A stretch of 64,000 nt of DNA from Felis catus (GCF_018350175.1 NC_058383.1:25608001-25672000); one strand, 5' to 3'. Positions 12,500 to 24,645 are shown, counted from the stretch's first letter. The notes: generated by a model not told the origin, from the letters alone. Numbers and translations: made by a program.

Positions 12500-12765
12500 C
12501 TTCTCTCCCAGTTTCAGCTTAAATGTCACTTCCTCTAGAATGCCTCTTCAGCCTGCAGAGGCTGGATTAGCTGCCTCCCTGTGTGTTCCCAGAGTCCCCT
12601 GGACCTCCTACTCACAATGGGTTTGAGTTGCCTGTTTGTTGTGTCTCCCCTTATAGACCTGGAGGTCCACAAGGCCAGAGGCTGTGTCTTGTTCACCACT
12701 GAATCCTCAGTATCTCACAAAATACTTAGCACATAGTTGATGCCCAATAAATAAATGGATGACTA
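12500..12765 (+). mobile_element. L2 LINE 3' fragment
   Basis: CAGCTTAAATGTCACTTCCTC...GGCTGTGTCTTGTTCACCACTGAATCCTCAG...CCCAATAAATAAATGGATGA. Confidence 0.55.
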
Positions 12766-12974
12766 CAAACAGGGATTCTGTTAAGATTCAGGAAAAGGGA
12801 CCAGAATTCTGTTTAAAAGAAGAGAGAGAGAGAGAAAACAGCATTTATTGATCACCTACTATATGTGAAATTTCATAACCACCTTATGAAGTAGGTATTA
12901 CAAGACCTTTTGGAAATAGGATAACTGAGCTTCAGAAAGGTTAAATTATTTCTTCAAGGCTACTGAGCCAGAAG

Positions 12975-13182
12975 AGAGGTCAGCAAGGTTTTTCTGTAAA
13001 GAGCCAGTCTGTGGATATTTTAAGCTCATGGGCCATGTTGTCCTTGTACAACTACTCAACTCTGCCACTGTAGTAAGGTACAACATGTAAAAAATGGGCT
13101 TGATCATGTTGCAATAAAATTTTATTTACAAAACAACTGATTGGCAGAATTTGATACATTGGCCATAGTTTGTGAGCTCCTG
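12975..13182 (-). mobile_element. MER58A-like hAT-Charlie MITE
   Basis: GGTCAGCAAGGTTTTTCTGTAAAGAGCCAG...CAACTACTCAACTCTGCCACTGTAG...AATAAAATTTTATTTACAAAA. Confidence 0.75.
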
Positions 13183-13899
13183 AGCTGGGCACTGATTTAA
13201 GGAAGATTTGACCCCATGTTTGTCCACTATTCACTCAAATCTTTCAGACAAAATTTGGAATAAGAGGAACAGCAGAAATGGCAATGACCCAGGAAGGGAT
13301 GCCTGCTTTGAGAAAGGCTAGAGTAAATTTAGTCCATCTGATCATAGAAACTTATGTCATTTACTACTCAAGTAAACATTCACTGAGGACCTACTATGCA
13401 CTAGGTCTTTGCTAAAAATTCAGGAGACCCAAGTATGAATAAGGCTACATCCTAGCCTCTGTTAGCCTACAGAGTAGTAAATGAAGTGATATGTATGCAC
13501 TTTCCTTTAGTCATTAAATACTTAACACCTACTATGTGCCAGGGGTGAGACAACAGCAGTGAACAAATTGAGGCATGGTCCCCTGCTTTTGGGTTACGAC
13601 CCAGATGCAGAAAGGAAAATGAAATAATAATTGCACAGATAAATATTTAATTACAAATTGGGATAAATGCCATGAAGGAAAAGAACATGATGCTATGAGA
13701 GAGAATAACAAGAGAAAATGCATCTAAGTTGGGGGGCAAGGGGCAGGTGAGAAAAGAATTCTCTAAAGGAATGATAAATGCCCCAAAACTGCAACAGCAA
13801 AGGTAGAGGCAGTTCAGAGAAAGAGTTAAGAGACGGTTCTAGAAAGCTGTGACATTTGAACTCTACCTGTAAGGATGAGTGGGACTTGGAAGTGCAGGA

Positions 13900-14025
13900 A
13901 CAAGGCTGCCATGTGCAGCTGCATAGACTGTGCACTGCACAAGTGCAGGGGACATCATCACATAATCACAGTGGGAATAGCACCTCCTATGGTTGGGAAG
14001 TTGTACAACTGTATACAGCAACCTG
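13900..14025. mobile_element. MER91-like hAT MITE
   Basis: CAAGGCTGCCATGTGCAGCTGCATAGACTGTGCACTGCACAA...TTGTACAACTGTATACAGCAACCTG with imperfect terminal inverted repeats. Confidence 0.55.
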
Positions 14026-14823
14026 TGCTGGGATGAGAAGAAAAAGCCTTCCTGAAAGAGGGAAGAGGGAGCAAAGGTGGTGACCAAGAGCAACTTAATT
14101 TCACCAGAACCACTAGCAAAGCAACCTGGCTTAAATGCTTCATGTTCTGTATTCTGCCTCCTCCTCCTCGGACTGCAATTGTGCATTGTGGGGCATTCTC
14201 CAGCCTACTCAGCAGCTGTGATGAATGTTCTCTCATTGCTTATATCGATTCCCTCAGTGAGGCTCTTGCCTGGTTCCTCATCAACTCTCCTTCTGGCTGC
14301 AGTGTGTTAAGTGGGCACTCAGCCCCATAATTATTAGTGCAATTTAATGAGCTGGTGGCAAAAACTTGCTGATATAAAATTCATATTTATTGAATTTGAT
14401 TGTCCTGAGCATGCCCCTGCATGTCTAACCTGCTTGTCCTAGTGGCTGGGATCACTCTGAATTACTGTGTTACAGTTTTATTGACAGGCAGCCCATTTGC
14501 TCATTTCTTTGGACAAGCCATCATAGCACCCCCTCCCCCCACCTGCCTTACCACCAAGCTCTGTTGATCGGGTACAGGTGGGTTCTCTGCCTGGTAACTC
14601 TCTCAGCTGAGTACGGGAGATTTAGAGCAAGGGTCCAAATTCATACGCCTGCCAGGGCCAGGGGAGTATGGCAAATGAAGGCATAGAGCTGGGGGACAAG
14701 AGAGGATGATGAAATTGAGAACACAGTTACCATTTAAAGGCAACAGCCCTATTCAGCCCCTATTCATTGTCACCATGTGTAAATGGGACCCCAAGATGAC
14801 CATATCTTCAATTTTCCAGGATT

Positions 14824-14973
14824 GGAGAGACAGGGAGAGAGAGAATCCCAAGCAGGCTCCTCACTGTCAGCACAGAGCCCAATACAGGGCTCAATGTTAC
14901 AACCACAAGATTATGACCTGAGCCAAAAATCAAGAGTCAGATGCCCAAACAACTGAACCACCCAGATGCCCCA
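14824..14973 (-). mobile_element. CAN-SINE fragment
   Basis: GAGAATCCCAAGCAGGCTCC...ACCACCCAGATGCCCC. Confidence 0.85.
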
Positions 14974-15354
14974 AATTCCCAATTTTAAATACCTGCAATT
15001 AATCATTAAGAATGTTAACACTGTGCAAAGCCAAAGAAACTAGAAGTCAAATCAAACTCCTGAGCCAATTTCTGAGCTAGGGGAAGCTAAAAATCTGAAA
15101 ATAAGACTTCTCCTGGTGGAATCCACAAGGTGTTTAACCTGAAAGAAACCAACTTTTGCAAAGCTGTAATAGTTAGTAGTTAAGAGAAAGCTTTGAAGTC
15201 AGACAGACCTGAACTCAATGCAAGATTCACCCCATTGTGTGACCTTGAGTATGCCCTTCAGCCTGCCAAGCCTTGAATCCATCATTTGTAAACTAGAGTG
15301 AAGCCCATTTGCTTTGCAGGGTTGCCATGTGGATTTAAGATAACCCTTTGAAAT

Positions 15355-17030
15355 GAGGCACCATATGACTTGCTTTTGACCAAAGAAACATGAGCACAAT
15401 CATGTGTCTCACTTTGAGACTGAAACTTTAACAGCCAGTGCACAATTTATTGTATGTCCTTTCCTAAATTGTGACCACATGTCAAGATTGGATTCTCCAT
15501 CATCCTGGGTCCCTTAGTAACAATGAGGAGCAGAGTCTCCTGCTCATCTTCAGCAGACATAAAGCATGAGTGAAAAATAAGTTCCTGACACAAAAACAGC
15601 CACTCAGATCAATGGCACAGAATAGAGAACCCAGAAATGGACCCAAACATATGGCCAACTAATCTTTGACAAAGCAGGAAAGAATAACCAATAGAATAAA
15701 GACAGTCTCTTCAGCAAGTGGTGCTGGGAAAACTGGACAGCAACATGCAGAAGAATGAAGCTGGACCACTTTCTTACACCCGACACAAAAATAAACTCAA
15801 AATGGATGAAAGACCTCAATGTAAGACAAGAAGCCATCAAAATCCTTGAGGAGAAAGCAGGCAAAAACCTCTTTGATCTTGGCCACAGCAATTTCTTACT
15901 CAACACGTCTCTGGAGGCAAGGGAAACAAAAGCAAAAATGAACTACTGGAACCTCATCAAAATAAAATGCTTCTGCACAGCGAAGGAAACAATCAACAAA
16001 ACTAAAAGGCAACCGACTGAATGGGAGAAGATATTTGCAAATGACATATCAGATAAAAGGTTAGTATCCAAAATCCATAGAGAACTTATCAAACTCAACA
16101 CCCAAAAAACAAATAACCAGTGAAGAAACGGGCAGAAGACATGAACAGACACTTTTCCAAAGAAGACATCCAGATGGCCAAGCAACACATGAAAAAATGC
16201 TCAACATCACTCATCATCAGGGAAATACAAATCAAAACCACAATGAGATACCACCTTACACCTGTCAGAATGGCTAACATTAACAACTCAGGCAACAACA
16301 GATGTTGGCGAGGATACGGAGAAAGAGGATCTCTTTTGCATTGTTGGTGGGAACACAAGTGGGTGCAGCCACTCTGGAAAACAGTATGGAGGTTCCTCAA
16401 AAAAATTAAAAAAAGAACTACCCTACAACCCAGCAATGGCACTACTAGGTATTTATCCAAGGGACACAGGTATGCTGTTTCAAAGGGACACATGCACCCC
16501 AATGTTTATAGTAGCATTATCAACAGTAGCCAAACTATGGAAAGAGCCCAAATGTCCATCGATGGATGAATAAAGATGTGGTACATATATACAATGGAGT
16601 ATTACTCGGCAATCAAAAAGAATGAAATCTTGCCATTTGCAACAACGTGGATGGAACTAGAGGGTATTACACTAAACAAAATTAGTCAGAGAAAGACAAA
16701 TATGACTTCATGCATATGAGGACTTTAAGAGACAGAACAGGTGAACGTAAGGGAAGGGAAGCAAAAATAATATATAAACAGGTAAGGGGACAAAACATAA
16801 GAGACTCTTAAATATGGAGAACAGAGGGTTACTGGAGGGGTTGTGGGAGGAGTGATGGGCTAAATGGGTAGGAGGCACTAAGGAATCTACTCCTGAAATC
16901 ATTGATGCACTATATGCTAACTAATTTGGATGTAAATGAAAAAAATAAAATAAAATAAGTTCTTGTGGGGCCATTGAGTGTTTTGGAGTTTTTGTTATGG
17001 CAGCAAAACTTACATTACCCTGACTAGTAT
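15355..17030 (+). mobile_element. MaLR (MLT1-type) LTR fragment split by an L1
   Basis: CCATATGACTTGCTTTTGACCAA...GCATGAGTGAAAAATAA | L1 | ...TTGTTATGGCAGCAAAACTTACATTACCCTGACTA. Confidence 0.6.
15588..16951 (+). mobile_element. 5'-truncated carnivore L1 (ORF2 3' part with stop/frameshifts, plus 3'UTR)
   Basis: ORFs 15755-16123 and 16120-16569 match L1 ORF2 ([45 protein letters not shown]); TSD AAAATAAGTTC(C/T)TG at 15574-15587 and 16952-16965. Confidence 0.95.
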
Positions 17031-18469
17031 GTGTCTCATAAAGTCATTATAAGAGTTAATCAATAAATAAATACACTACAGAACAGTGTCTAGAACATGG
17101 TGAGCCCTTTTACTAATCAGCTTTGTTGTCTATCAAATAACTCCCTAATTTCAGAGGCTTACAACCACAAAGTTTTACTCCTTGCTCTCATGATAAAGGG
17201 AAATCCCCATCAAGGACAAGCCCTGACATGTGCCATTCTTGTGACAGAAGAACAACAAGAGAGCTGGCAAAAACTGGCAATAGCTTTAAAGCTTTTGTTC
17301 AGACACCCATCATATCCATTCACATGCCATTGACCAAAGCAAGTCACATGGCCAAGCCCAATGTCAATGGGCAGGAATGTTGCTTCTCCTGTTGGGAGGC
17401 ACTTCAATCACATGGCAATGGGCAGTAATGTATAATCCCCTTATTGGTAAACAAGTTATTGGGGAAAATCACAAAATTTAACATAGCACTTAGTAAAAAT
17501 TAGCTATTATGCTTTTCATGCATGGCATGGATAGGTTTGGGTTCTTATGGGAAAAGATAGAGGGAAGGAAAGCATGGCTTTGAGTCTGTCCCCACCTAGA
17601 AACCTTGGGTATCAGGACTACAGGATGCAACCAATGAAGCCAGTTTCAAATTGGGTCTTAGGTGCAGAAATCTAAACACAGTTCTGGGTCCATAGGATTA
17701 AATATGATCCTGAGGTACCAGGAAAGATCTTCCCCCCATGTTGTGACCAGGATACAGTAAGAATAGACCCAGATGCAGTGCTATTTCAGCACCTCAAGGA
17801 TTTGTCTTTCTGGGGAGGGGAGACAACAACTCTGTGTCCAGGGTCTGGAATTTTTAGAGGTACTAGCACAGCAGCCACAGTGAACATTCCCTCCACTCAT
17901 GCCTTCTCAGACAGCCAAGATCAGCCAGAGGACACACATTGTTGGCCAAGAGGACTGGTTAGGATCATATGGGACACCCCTGGGACTCAGGAATGTGGGG
18001 GAGACTCTGGGAAAGACCCACCAGGATTCTGCACTATGCAGATAAAGCCAACAAAAGCCAAACTGTCCTAGTCAACAAGACCCCACTGGTCACCAAAGGC
18101 TGAGGGAAGCCTATAAAACCAGGTCACTAATAAAACTATACAGTAGTAAGGGTAAGATATACACAAACGAAAAAATTATCTCTAGGCAGAAAAATACAGA
18201 GAACATTATTTGACACTCGCAAGGATTTCCTCACTTTGGTAGGTTTGAGGAAAGGAGAATGTTGCAAAGAGTGAGGCCAAGGTGGCAGGTGTGCCTGCTG
18301 GCTAAGGTCAAATGGGGTAAGGAAAGAAGTAAAGGGATGGTAACTTTTCCCTGCTGGAGCTCCCTGGAGACAGTCCATATTAAGAAAATGAGTAACTATG
18401 GTTTGAAAATGAGGGTTAACATTAACGCTATTCAATAACAATTATTACAAACATCTTAAAAGCTCGTTA

Positions 18470-18658
18470 TTCGGTTGAACAGTATGAAATTGCCATCCTT
18501 AGGGGTGCCTGGGTGGCTTAGTCAGTTGAGTGTCCAGCTCTTGATTTTGGCTCAGGTCATGAGTTCAAGCCCTGTGTCAGGCTCTCTGCTGACAGTGCAG
18601 ATTCTCCCTGGGATTCTCTCCCTCCCTCTCTCTCTCTGCCCCTCCCCAGCTAGCACTC

Positions 18659-18697
<39 letters not shown>

Positions 18698-18786
18698 ACA
18701 AACAAACATTTAAAAAAATAAAGAAATTGCCATCCTTATAGGTCAGAAATGGTCAGATATCAGCAATTTCAAATGGTTCAAACTAA
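18470..18786. mobile_element. ~80-bp mariner-derived MITE (MADE2-like) split by a CAN-SINE
   Basis: Inverted termini TTCGGTTGAACAGTATGAAATTGC...GCAATTTCAAATGGTTCAAACTAA. Confidence 0.65.
18502..18722 (+). mobile_element. CAN-SINE
   Basis: TSD GAAATTGCCATCCTTA; (TAAA)n tail. Confidence 0.95.
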
Positions 18787-18988
18787 CACATGCCAGGCAT
18801 TGTGCTTAGCAGCTAACATGTATCATCTCATTCAATACTTACTCTAGTTTCCTGAGGTGAGTCCCATTAATATCTCTATTTGACAGAGAAGGAGACAGAA
18901 ACCAGCAAGGTTAGGTTATTTGCCCAAGGTAAAAAATTACAAATCTAAGATAAAAACCTTGGGGGCTAAATCCAAGGCCAAGGCCCTT

Positions 18989-19056
18989 AGCCAGTGAACC
19001 CTGGCTAGTCAAAGCCAGTGAACCCTGGCTAGTCAAAGCCAGTGAACCCTGACTAG
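18989..19056. repeat. 24-bp tandem repeat, ~2.8 copies (AGCCAGTGAACCCTGGCTAGTCAA)
   Basis: Two perfect units plus one partial unit. Confidence 0.95.
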
Positions 19057-19129
19057 ACCCTGGCTGGTCCAAAAACCAGCAGCAGTAGCATCCTGGGAAA
19101 ATGCACAGTCTCCTTTGCACACCCATGTC

Positions 19130-19372
19130 TGTTTTTTGGTTTTTGGTTTTTCTTTTAATTTTTTTTAATGTTTTTTATTTATTTTTGAGACAGAGAGAGA
19201 CAGAGCATGAACGGGGGAGGGGCAGAGAGAGAGGGAGACACAGAATCGGAAGCAGGCTCCAGGCTCTGAGCCATCAGCCCAGAGCCTGACGCGGGGCTAG
19301 AACTCACAGACCGCGAGATCGTGACCTGAGCCGAAGTCGGACGCTTAACCGACTGAGCCACCCAGGCGCCCC
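19130..19372 (-). mobile_element. Young CAN-SINE
   Basis: Antisense, CpG-rich; TSD TGCACACCCATGT. Confidence 0.96.
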
Positions 19373-19582
19373 TGCACACCCATGTTTGTAGCAGCATTAT
19401 CCACTATAGCCAAAAACTGGAAAGAAACCAAACGTCCATCAATGGATGAATAAACAAAAGTAATGTATCCATAAATGGAATATTATTCAGCCTTAAAAAG
19501 GAAGTAATTCTGACACATGCTAATATCTCAATGAACCTTGAAAACATTACACCAAGTGAAGTCAGACACGAAAGGAAAAATA

Positions 19583-20276
19583 CAGGCATACCTGACAGAC
19601 ACTGCAGATTCTGTTCCATATCACTGCAATCAAAGCAAGTATCGGAATAAAGCAAGTAAAATGAATTTTTTGGTTTCACGGTGCATATAAAAGTTATGTT
19701 TATGCTATACTATAGTTTATTAAGTGTGAAACAGTATTATATCTAAAGAGAAACAATCATATGCATCTTTTTTTTAATGTTTATTTATTTCTGATGAAGA
19801 GAGAAACAAAGCGTGAGAAGGGGTGGGGGCGGGGGGGGGGGGGGCAGTGACCGAGGGAGACACAGAATCCCAAGCAGGCTCCAGGCTGTGAGCTGTCAGC
19901 AAAGAGCCACTCTTGAACCACAAGATCATGACCTGGGCCAAAGTTGGACATTTAACCAATTGAGCCACCCAGGCACAATTACACATATCCTAATTAAAAA
20001 CACATTCTTGCTAAGAAACGCTAACCATCATCTGAGCTTTCAGGGAGTTATTATCACTGATCACAGAGCACCATAACAAATATAACAAAAATGAAACAGT
20101 TTGAAATACTGTGAGAATTACCAAAATGTGACACAGAGATACAAAGTGAGCAAATGCTATTGGGAAAATGGTGCCAATAGACTTGCTCAACAAATAGATT
20201 GCCACAAACCTTCAATTCGTAAAAAAATGCAATATCCGCAAAGCACAATAAAGTACAATAAAATGAGGTATGCCTG
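19583..20276 (-). mobile_element. Tigger1-derived non-autonomous Tc1/mariner element (internal deletion derivative)
   Basis: Terminal inverted repeats CAGGCATACCT...AGGTATGCCTG flanked by a TA duplication (19581-82, 20277-78); the host L1 reads through across the TA. Confidence 0.88.
19767..19976 (-). mobile_element. CAN-SINE inside the Tigger element
   Basis: Antisense head AGCCACCCAGGCAC, T-rich tail. Confidence 0.9.
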
Positions 20277-22218
20277 TACTGTATGATTCCACTTATAGGA
20301 GGTACCTAGAGTGGTCAGATTCATAGAGACAGAAAGTAGCATGGTAGTTGCCAGGGGCTGGGGGGAAGGCACAATGAGGAGTTGTGATTTAATGGGTACA
20401 GAGCTCGGGAAAACGAAAAAGTTCTAGAGATGGTTGTCGACGACAGTTCCACAACAATGTGAATGTACTTAGAGCCAATGAACTGTATTTTACAAATGGC
20501 AAATTTTATGTTACATGTATTTTACCACAGTTTTATAAAATAATAGTAATCCCCCCCCCCCAAAAAAAAATGCAGTTTCAGGCCACACCCAAGACTAGCC
20601 CAGGCCTTGCCTTTTTAACAAGATCCTCAGGTACACAAATGCACATTAAAGTTTAAGAAGCACTGCCATTAGAATATTCCGCCACCCAGGTGCAAAGAAG
20701 CCCTTGCTGGGACAGCTGTGAACAGAAAATGGTACAAGGTCGGCCTCAAGGCAAGAAATAAGGGAGAGGGGGCCCTCAGCACTACCTCATGCTCGCTCCT
20801 TAGACCTTCTCCCACCCTCAGGATGAGACTTTGGTCCAGCCTCCTCCCAAACCTGCCCAGTACTGTGGAAGGTGCTTGTAACTAATGGGGTCTTGACATG
20901 CTGGCCATCAGCTGAGACAACAGAGCTCACCTCCCCACTATGTTTAGCTTGGCTGTTTGGAGCCCCTTGGCCGCCAACAGAAATCACTGTAGTGCCTCTG
21001 AGCTCTGCTACAGATGAAATTAATTCCTTCAGAGCTGAGGAAGTGGGGCAGGCAGGGAGCACTCACAGGGCTGGTGGAGCAAAATGCTTGGGCAGCAGCT
21101 GTTCCATTTGGGGAACTAATGAGACTCGAGGAAAAACCTGCCAAGGGATGCCAAATACTCATTTGCTTATGGAGATGATATAGCCTTGGCCAAATTGGAC
21201 AGCGATGCAAAAATGTCCATCATTTTTTGCTCAATTTTGCAGCTCTGTCTTGCGTTTCAAAAGAAGAAGGATTAAAACCGTATCTGTCCCCAGGCTCCCT
21301 CTCAGTTCCACAAAAATTCAGGGAATACAGGCACTTTACAATGTTGGGTATTCCTAAAGATTATTTGTCTGGACCCCCTACTAACTCAGTCACCACTAAG
21401 CCTCAACGTTCCCTCTTCCTAAATGTTTGGCTCTGTGCTTTTTGTAGCCAAAGCATATCTCCTGGCAGCTAGTATAACTTTTAAAAGCCACAAACCCAGG
21501 TAAGCAAAAATATAATCTTTCTTATTTCCTCATAACTGCATTTTATGATTTTCCCGAGCCCCCAGTCTATCTGGCTGCAGTAAACCTAATCCTGGTCAAT
21601 TGAGGATAAACATGGACAAGTCAGGAAGGACTTAGCAAATTCAAGGCTTCATTGGTTATGTCATGGTCTATTCCTTTCTGCCTTCTCCTTCAAATTACAT
21701 CTAATTTTGGGGAGGCTCACATAGCATCATGGCATTGGTGGAAGAAATATCTGGCCCTTGGTTACCCCTTTAGTGGTCCACCAAGAAATGTTTTGTCTTA
21801 TCTTCAATCAAATCACTATTTCTCATTGACATGACAGGGACTTGTTAATGCCTCTGGTCTCCAGTCAGTGATGGCCATTCCCCCTCATTGTCACTGCAAG
21901 ACTGGGTGCCCCGACCATGCTGACCTTGGATGACCTTGGGCACAGAGGAATGCATTTTCTCCTCCCTGGGAGATGTTGGGAGGTTGAGGACTCAGTGAGC
22001 CTGCTCCTGACCAGTCTGCTCAGACAACACTCCTAGCCACCTCTTACCTGCCATTTCAAGCCAGGCTGGGTAGGAGCTCCTCAAGGAGATTTGACAGCTG
22101 AAGCTCAGGCCCTCTCTGCTCTTGGACCCCTAAACCTACCTAGAATTTATTCAACCCCTTCTCCCTTGAGACTCAGTTTGAGAGGAGGCAGGAGACAAAG
22201 TCCCTTCTAAAAAATACT

Positions 22219-22785
22219 TGTAACGACTGGCTTTCCCAAAGATGGTGGCAACTATGTCTTTCATCCCACATCTCTTCTTACAGTATAACCTTTATACTTC
22301 ACCACTGAGTAGTGGGATATATGTCCCTTGCCCTTGAACCTGAGCCAAACTTTATGACTGTCTTAACAACAGAGTAAGATAGAAGAGACATTATATGATT
22401 AGGTTTGATCATTTAAATGCCATGCATTTCTACCTTTGTCTCTTGGGACACTTGCTCTTGGAGCTCAGACCCATGCTATGAAAAAGTCCAAGCATCCCAT
22501 GGAGTGGGAACTCCATGGAGTGGGAACTAAAATCCCTGGCCTTGCCCCAGCTGAGTTCCCCACCAACAGCCACCGCCAACCTGCCAACCATATGAATTAA
22601 CCATCTTGCAAATGGACCTTCCTAATCACCATCAACCCCTACTCCACCAAGCCATTCCAGTTTAGAAGCTTTCTAGGTCAAACCGTGCCAAAATTGCAGA
22701 GTAGTGAGCAAAATAAATAAGTGCTATTGTTTTAAGTCACAGAGCTTTGGGGTGATTTGTTATGCAGTAATAAATAACTATTACA
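22219..22785 (+). mobile_element. MaLR (MLT1-type) LTR, near complete
   Basis: TGTAACG...CCCAAAGATGG start; end TTTAAGTCACAGAGCTTTGGGGTGATTTGTTATGCAGTAATAAATAACTATTACA. Confidence 0.75.
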
Positions 22786-23510
22786 ATACTTATCAGCACC
22801 TAATTCTCTTGTTTCTCCTTGTTCTTCTCTCTTCCAGGGGAGATTTTTATCACTCCTATAATGATAAAACCGCCTCTTCATCTGTCCTTTCCAATTTTTT
22901 TTATTATGGAATAAACCTTACACCCCAAACGTTTCACGACTTAAGCTTCTGAAACCATAAAAAACCTGGCTCTCGTAAAGCAAAAGCCTTGGCTTTCAAA
23001 ATTATTATCAGGTGCCAAGAGTTTCAAAAGCCTGTTTTGGAACTCAAAAGCTGAGCATTGTCTTTTTTCTTCCTCTGTGCATTCCTCCTGTTACAGCCTT
23101 CCCCTGAGGGTGATGAGGATGGAATGCTGCAGCCTGAGGTGGGAAAGACAGTGATATAAGGAATTTCCAGGAGTAGTGAAATGCACCAAATAGTTATTTT
23201 ACAATCATGTCATTTTCAATAAAGCAGATGCACACTGCCAGTGTACAAGATTATTCCGTTTCTTCATTTTCTTTAAATCAACTCCAACTCTGGGTCCCCA
23301 TCCTACTGCCCAGTGGGAAAGCAGACATCAGTGATTTCCAGAACACCTTCCCTGAGCACAGCAGCCCACTACCCCTGAAGGTCATGTGAAAATACCGAGG
23401 TCTTAATCAGCCCAAACTCTTCAAGTAGTTGTTTTGGCCTTTTCTATCACTGCTTAAGATATACATTGTCCAAGCCGGTCAGCAAAGACATTTGTGAAAG
23501 GTTAGATAGT

Positions 23511-23854
23511 TGTTAGGATGTCCCTGGAACCACAGTGGAGGGGACGGCCATCTTGCCAGCGCAACCCAACGGAAAGCCCCAAGCTGCGCGCCAGAACAAA
23601 TTGAAGGTCAACCAATCACCGAACGATAGCACGACCTGTTGCAAAAAAGGCCCAGCGGACCTAAACCCGGACCCGCTGCAGCTTAAAAACCCTACCCCAC
23701 CACACCCGGGGGCGACTTCCCTGACTCCTCTCTTTCTCTCTCCCTGAGTCATGGAACCTCGCCCGAGACCTTAGTTCCCAATAAAGCCTTTGACTGTTAA
23801 AATTTTTTAGCTTCTGACTCGTATCTTTACCCTACCCTATGCCTGACCTTAACA
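23511..23854 (+). mobile_element. Solo LTR of a class I (gamma-like) endogenous retrovirus, apparently young
   Basis: TG...CA ends with inverted termini TGTTAGG/CCTTAACA, perfect 5-bp TSD ATAGT (23506-10, 23855-59), CCAAT box, TATA-like CTTAAAAA, AATAAA, 16 CpGs in 344 bp. Confidence 0.9.
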
Positions 23855-23865
23855 ATAGTAAAAAA

Positions 23866-24282
23866 TTTTTTTAATATTTTAGAGAGAAAGAGAGAGCATG
23901 CAAGCACAGGGTAGAGGGGCAGAGGGAGAGAGAGAATCTTTTTTTTTTTTTTTTAATTTTTTTTTTCAACGTTTATTTATTTTTGGGACAGAGAGAGACA
24001 GAGCATGAACGGGGGAGGGGCAGAGAGAGACGGAGACACAGAATCGGAAACAGGCTCCAGGCTCTGAGCCATCAGCCCAGAGCCTGACGCGGAGCGCGAG
24101 ATCGTGACCTGGCTGAAGTCGGACGCTTAACCGACTGCGCCACCCAGGCGCCGCAGAGAGAATCTTAAGCAAGCTCCATGCTCAGTGCAAAGCTTGATAC
24201 AAGGTTTTCCATCCCACAACCCTGGGATCATGACCTGAGCCAAGAGTCAGATGCTCAACCAACTGAGCCACTCAGTTGCCCT
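23866..24282 (-). mobile_element. Older CAN-SINE (split by a younger SINE)
   Basis: Antisense tail at 23866, head ...GAGCCACTCAGTTGCCC. Confidence 0.88.
23941..24153 (-). mobile_element. Young SINEC_Fc-type SINE nested in the older SINE
   Basis: TSD AGAGAGAATCTT; diagnostic young-subfamily sites; short internal deletion across the B-box region. Confidence 0.93.
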
Positions 24283-24597
24283 GTAAATATTTTTTACTTT
24301 GAGGCTCATATAGTCTCTGTCACAACTAATCAGCTCTGCTATCATGTTGCAAAAGCAGTCATAGGCTGGACAAATGAATGGTCATGGCTGTGTTCCAATT
24401 ATCATTTTATTTACACAAACAGGCAGCAGGGCATAATTTGCTGACCCTAGGTCTAAGCAGACATAAGTCCCTTGAGTTCTCTGATTCAGCCCCAGAGAGG
24501 GGCATAGAAATTTCTGCAAAGGCTGGAAACCCCGATTCCTGGGGTTCAGAATCCCAGCTGAATTGTACTCACTTCTAAGCAAGGTGGCAGTACCAAA

Positions 24598-24645
24598 AGT
24601 ATTAGTCAGGGTTCTCCAGAAAAACAGAACCAATAGTGGTGTGTG

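Larger units (their letters stand above)
19110..20545 (+). mobile_element. Old L1M(B-like) 3' fragment, interrupted by a SINE and a Tigger element
   Basis: GCACACCCATGTTTGTAGCAGCATTAT...AATGGATGAATAAACAAAA...TACTGTATGATTCCACTTAT...AATGTGAATGTACTT. Confidence 0.85.
23471..24450 (-). mobile_element. MER58A-like MITE broken by an LTR and two nested SINEs
   Basis: GGTCAGCAAAGACATTTGTGAAAGGTTAGATAGT | inserts | TAAATATTTT...TAGTCTCTGTCACAACT...GGCTGTGTTCCAAT...TTTGCTGACCC. Confidence 0.75.

Noticed and set aside
15755..16569. 122-aa and 149-aa ORFs
   Set aside because: L1 ORF2 remnants broken by a stop codon and frameshift.
15574..16965. Third L1 transduction
   Set aside because: The TSD directly abuts the L1 tail; no extra sequence is enclosed.
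18989..19056. CRISPR-like array
   Set aside because: Contiguous repeats without unique spacers, eukaryotic context and no cas genes.
22497..22528. 16-bp tandem duplication CCATGGAGTGGGAACT (similar short duplications at ~4911, ~26017 and ~33497)
   Set aside because: Ordinary slippage duplications, mostly inside old repeats, with no evident function.
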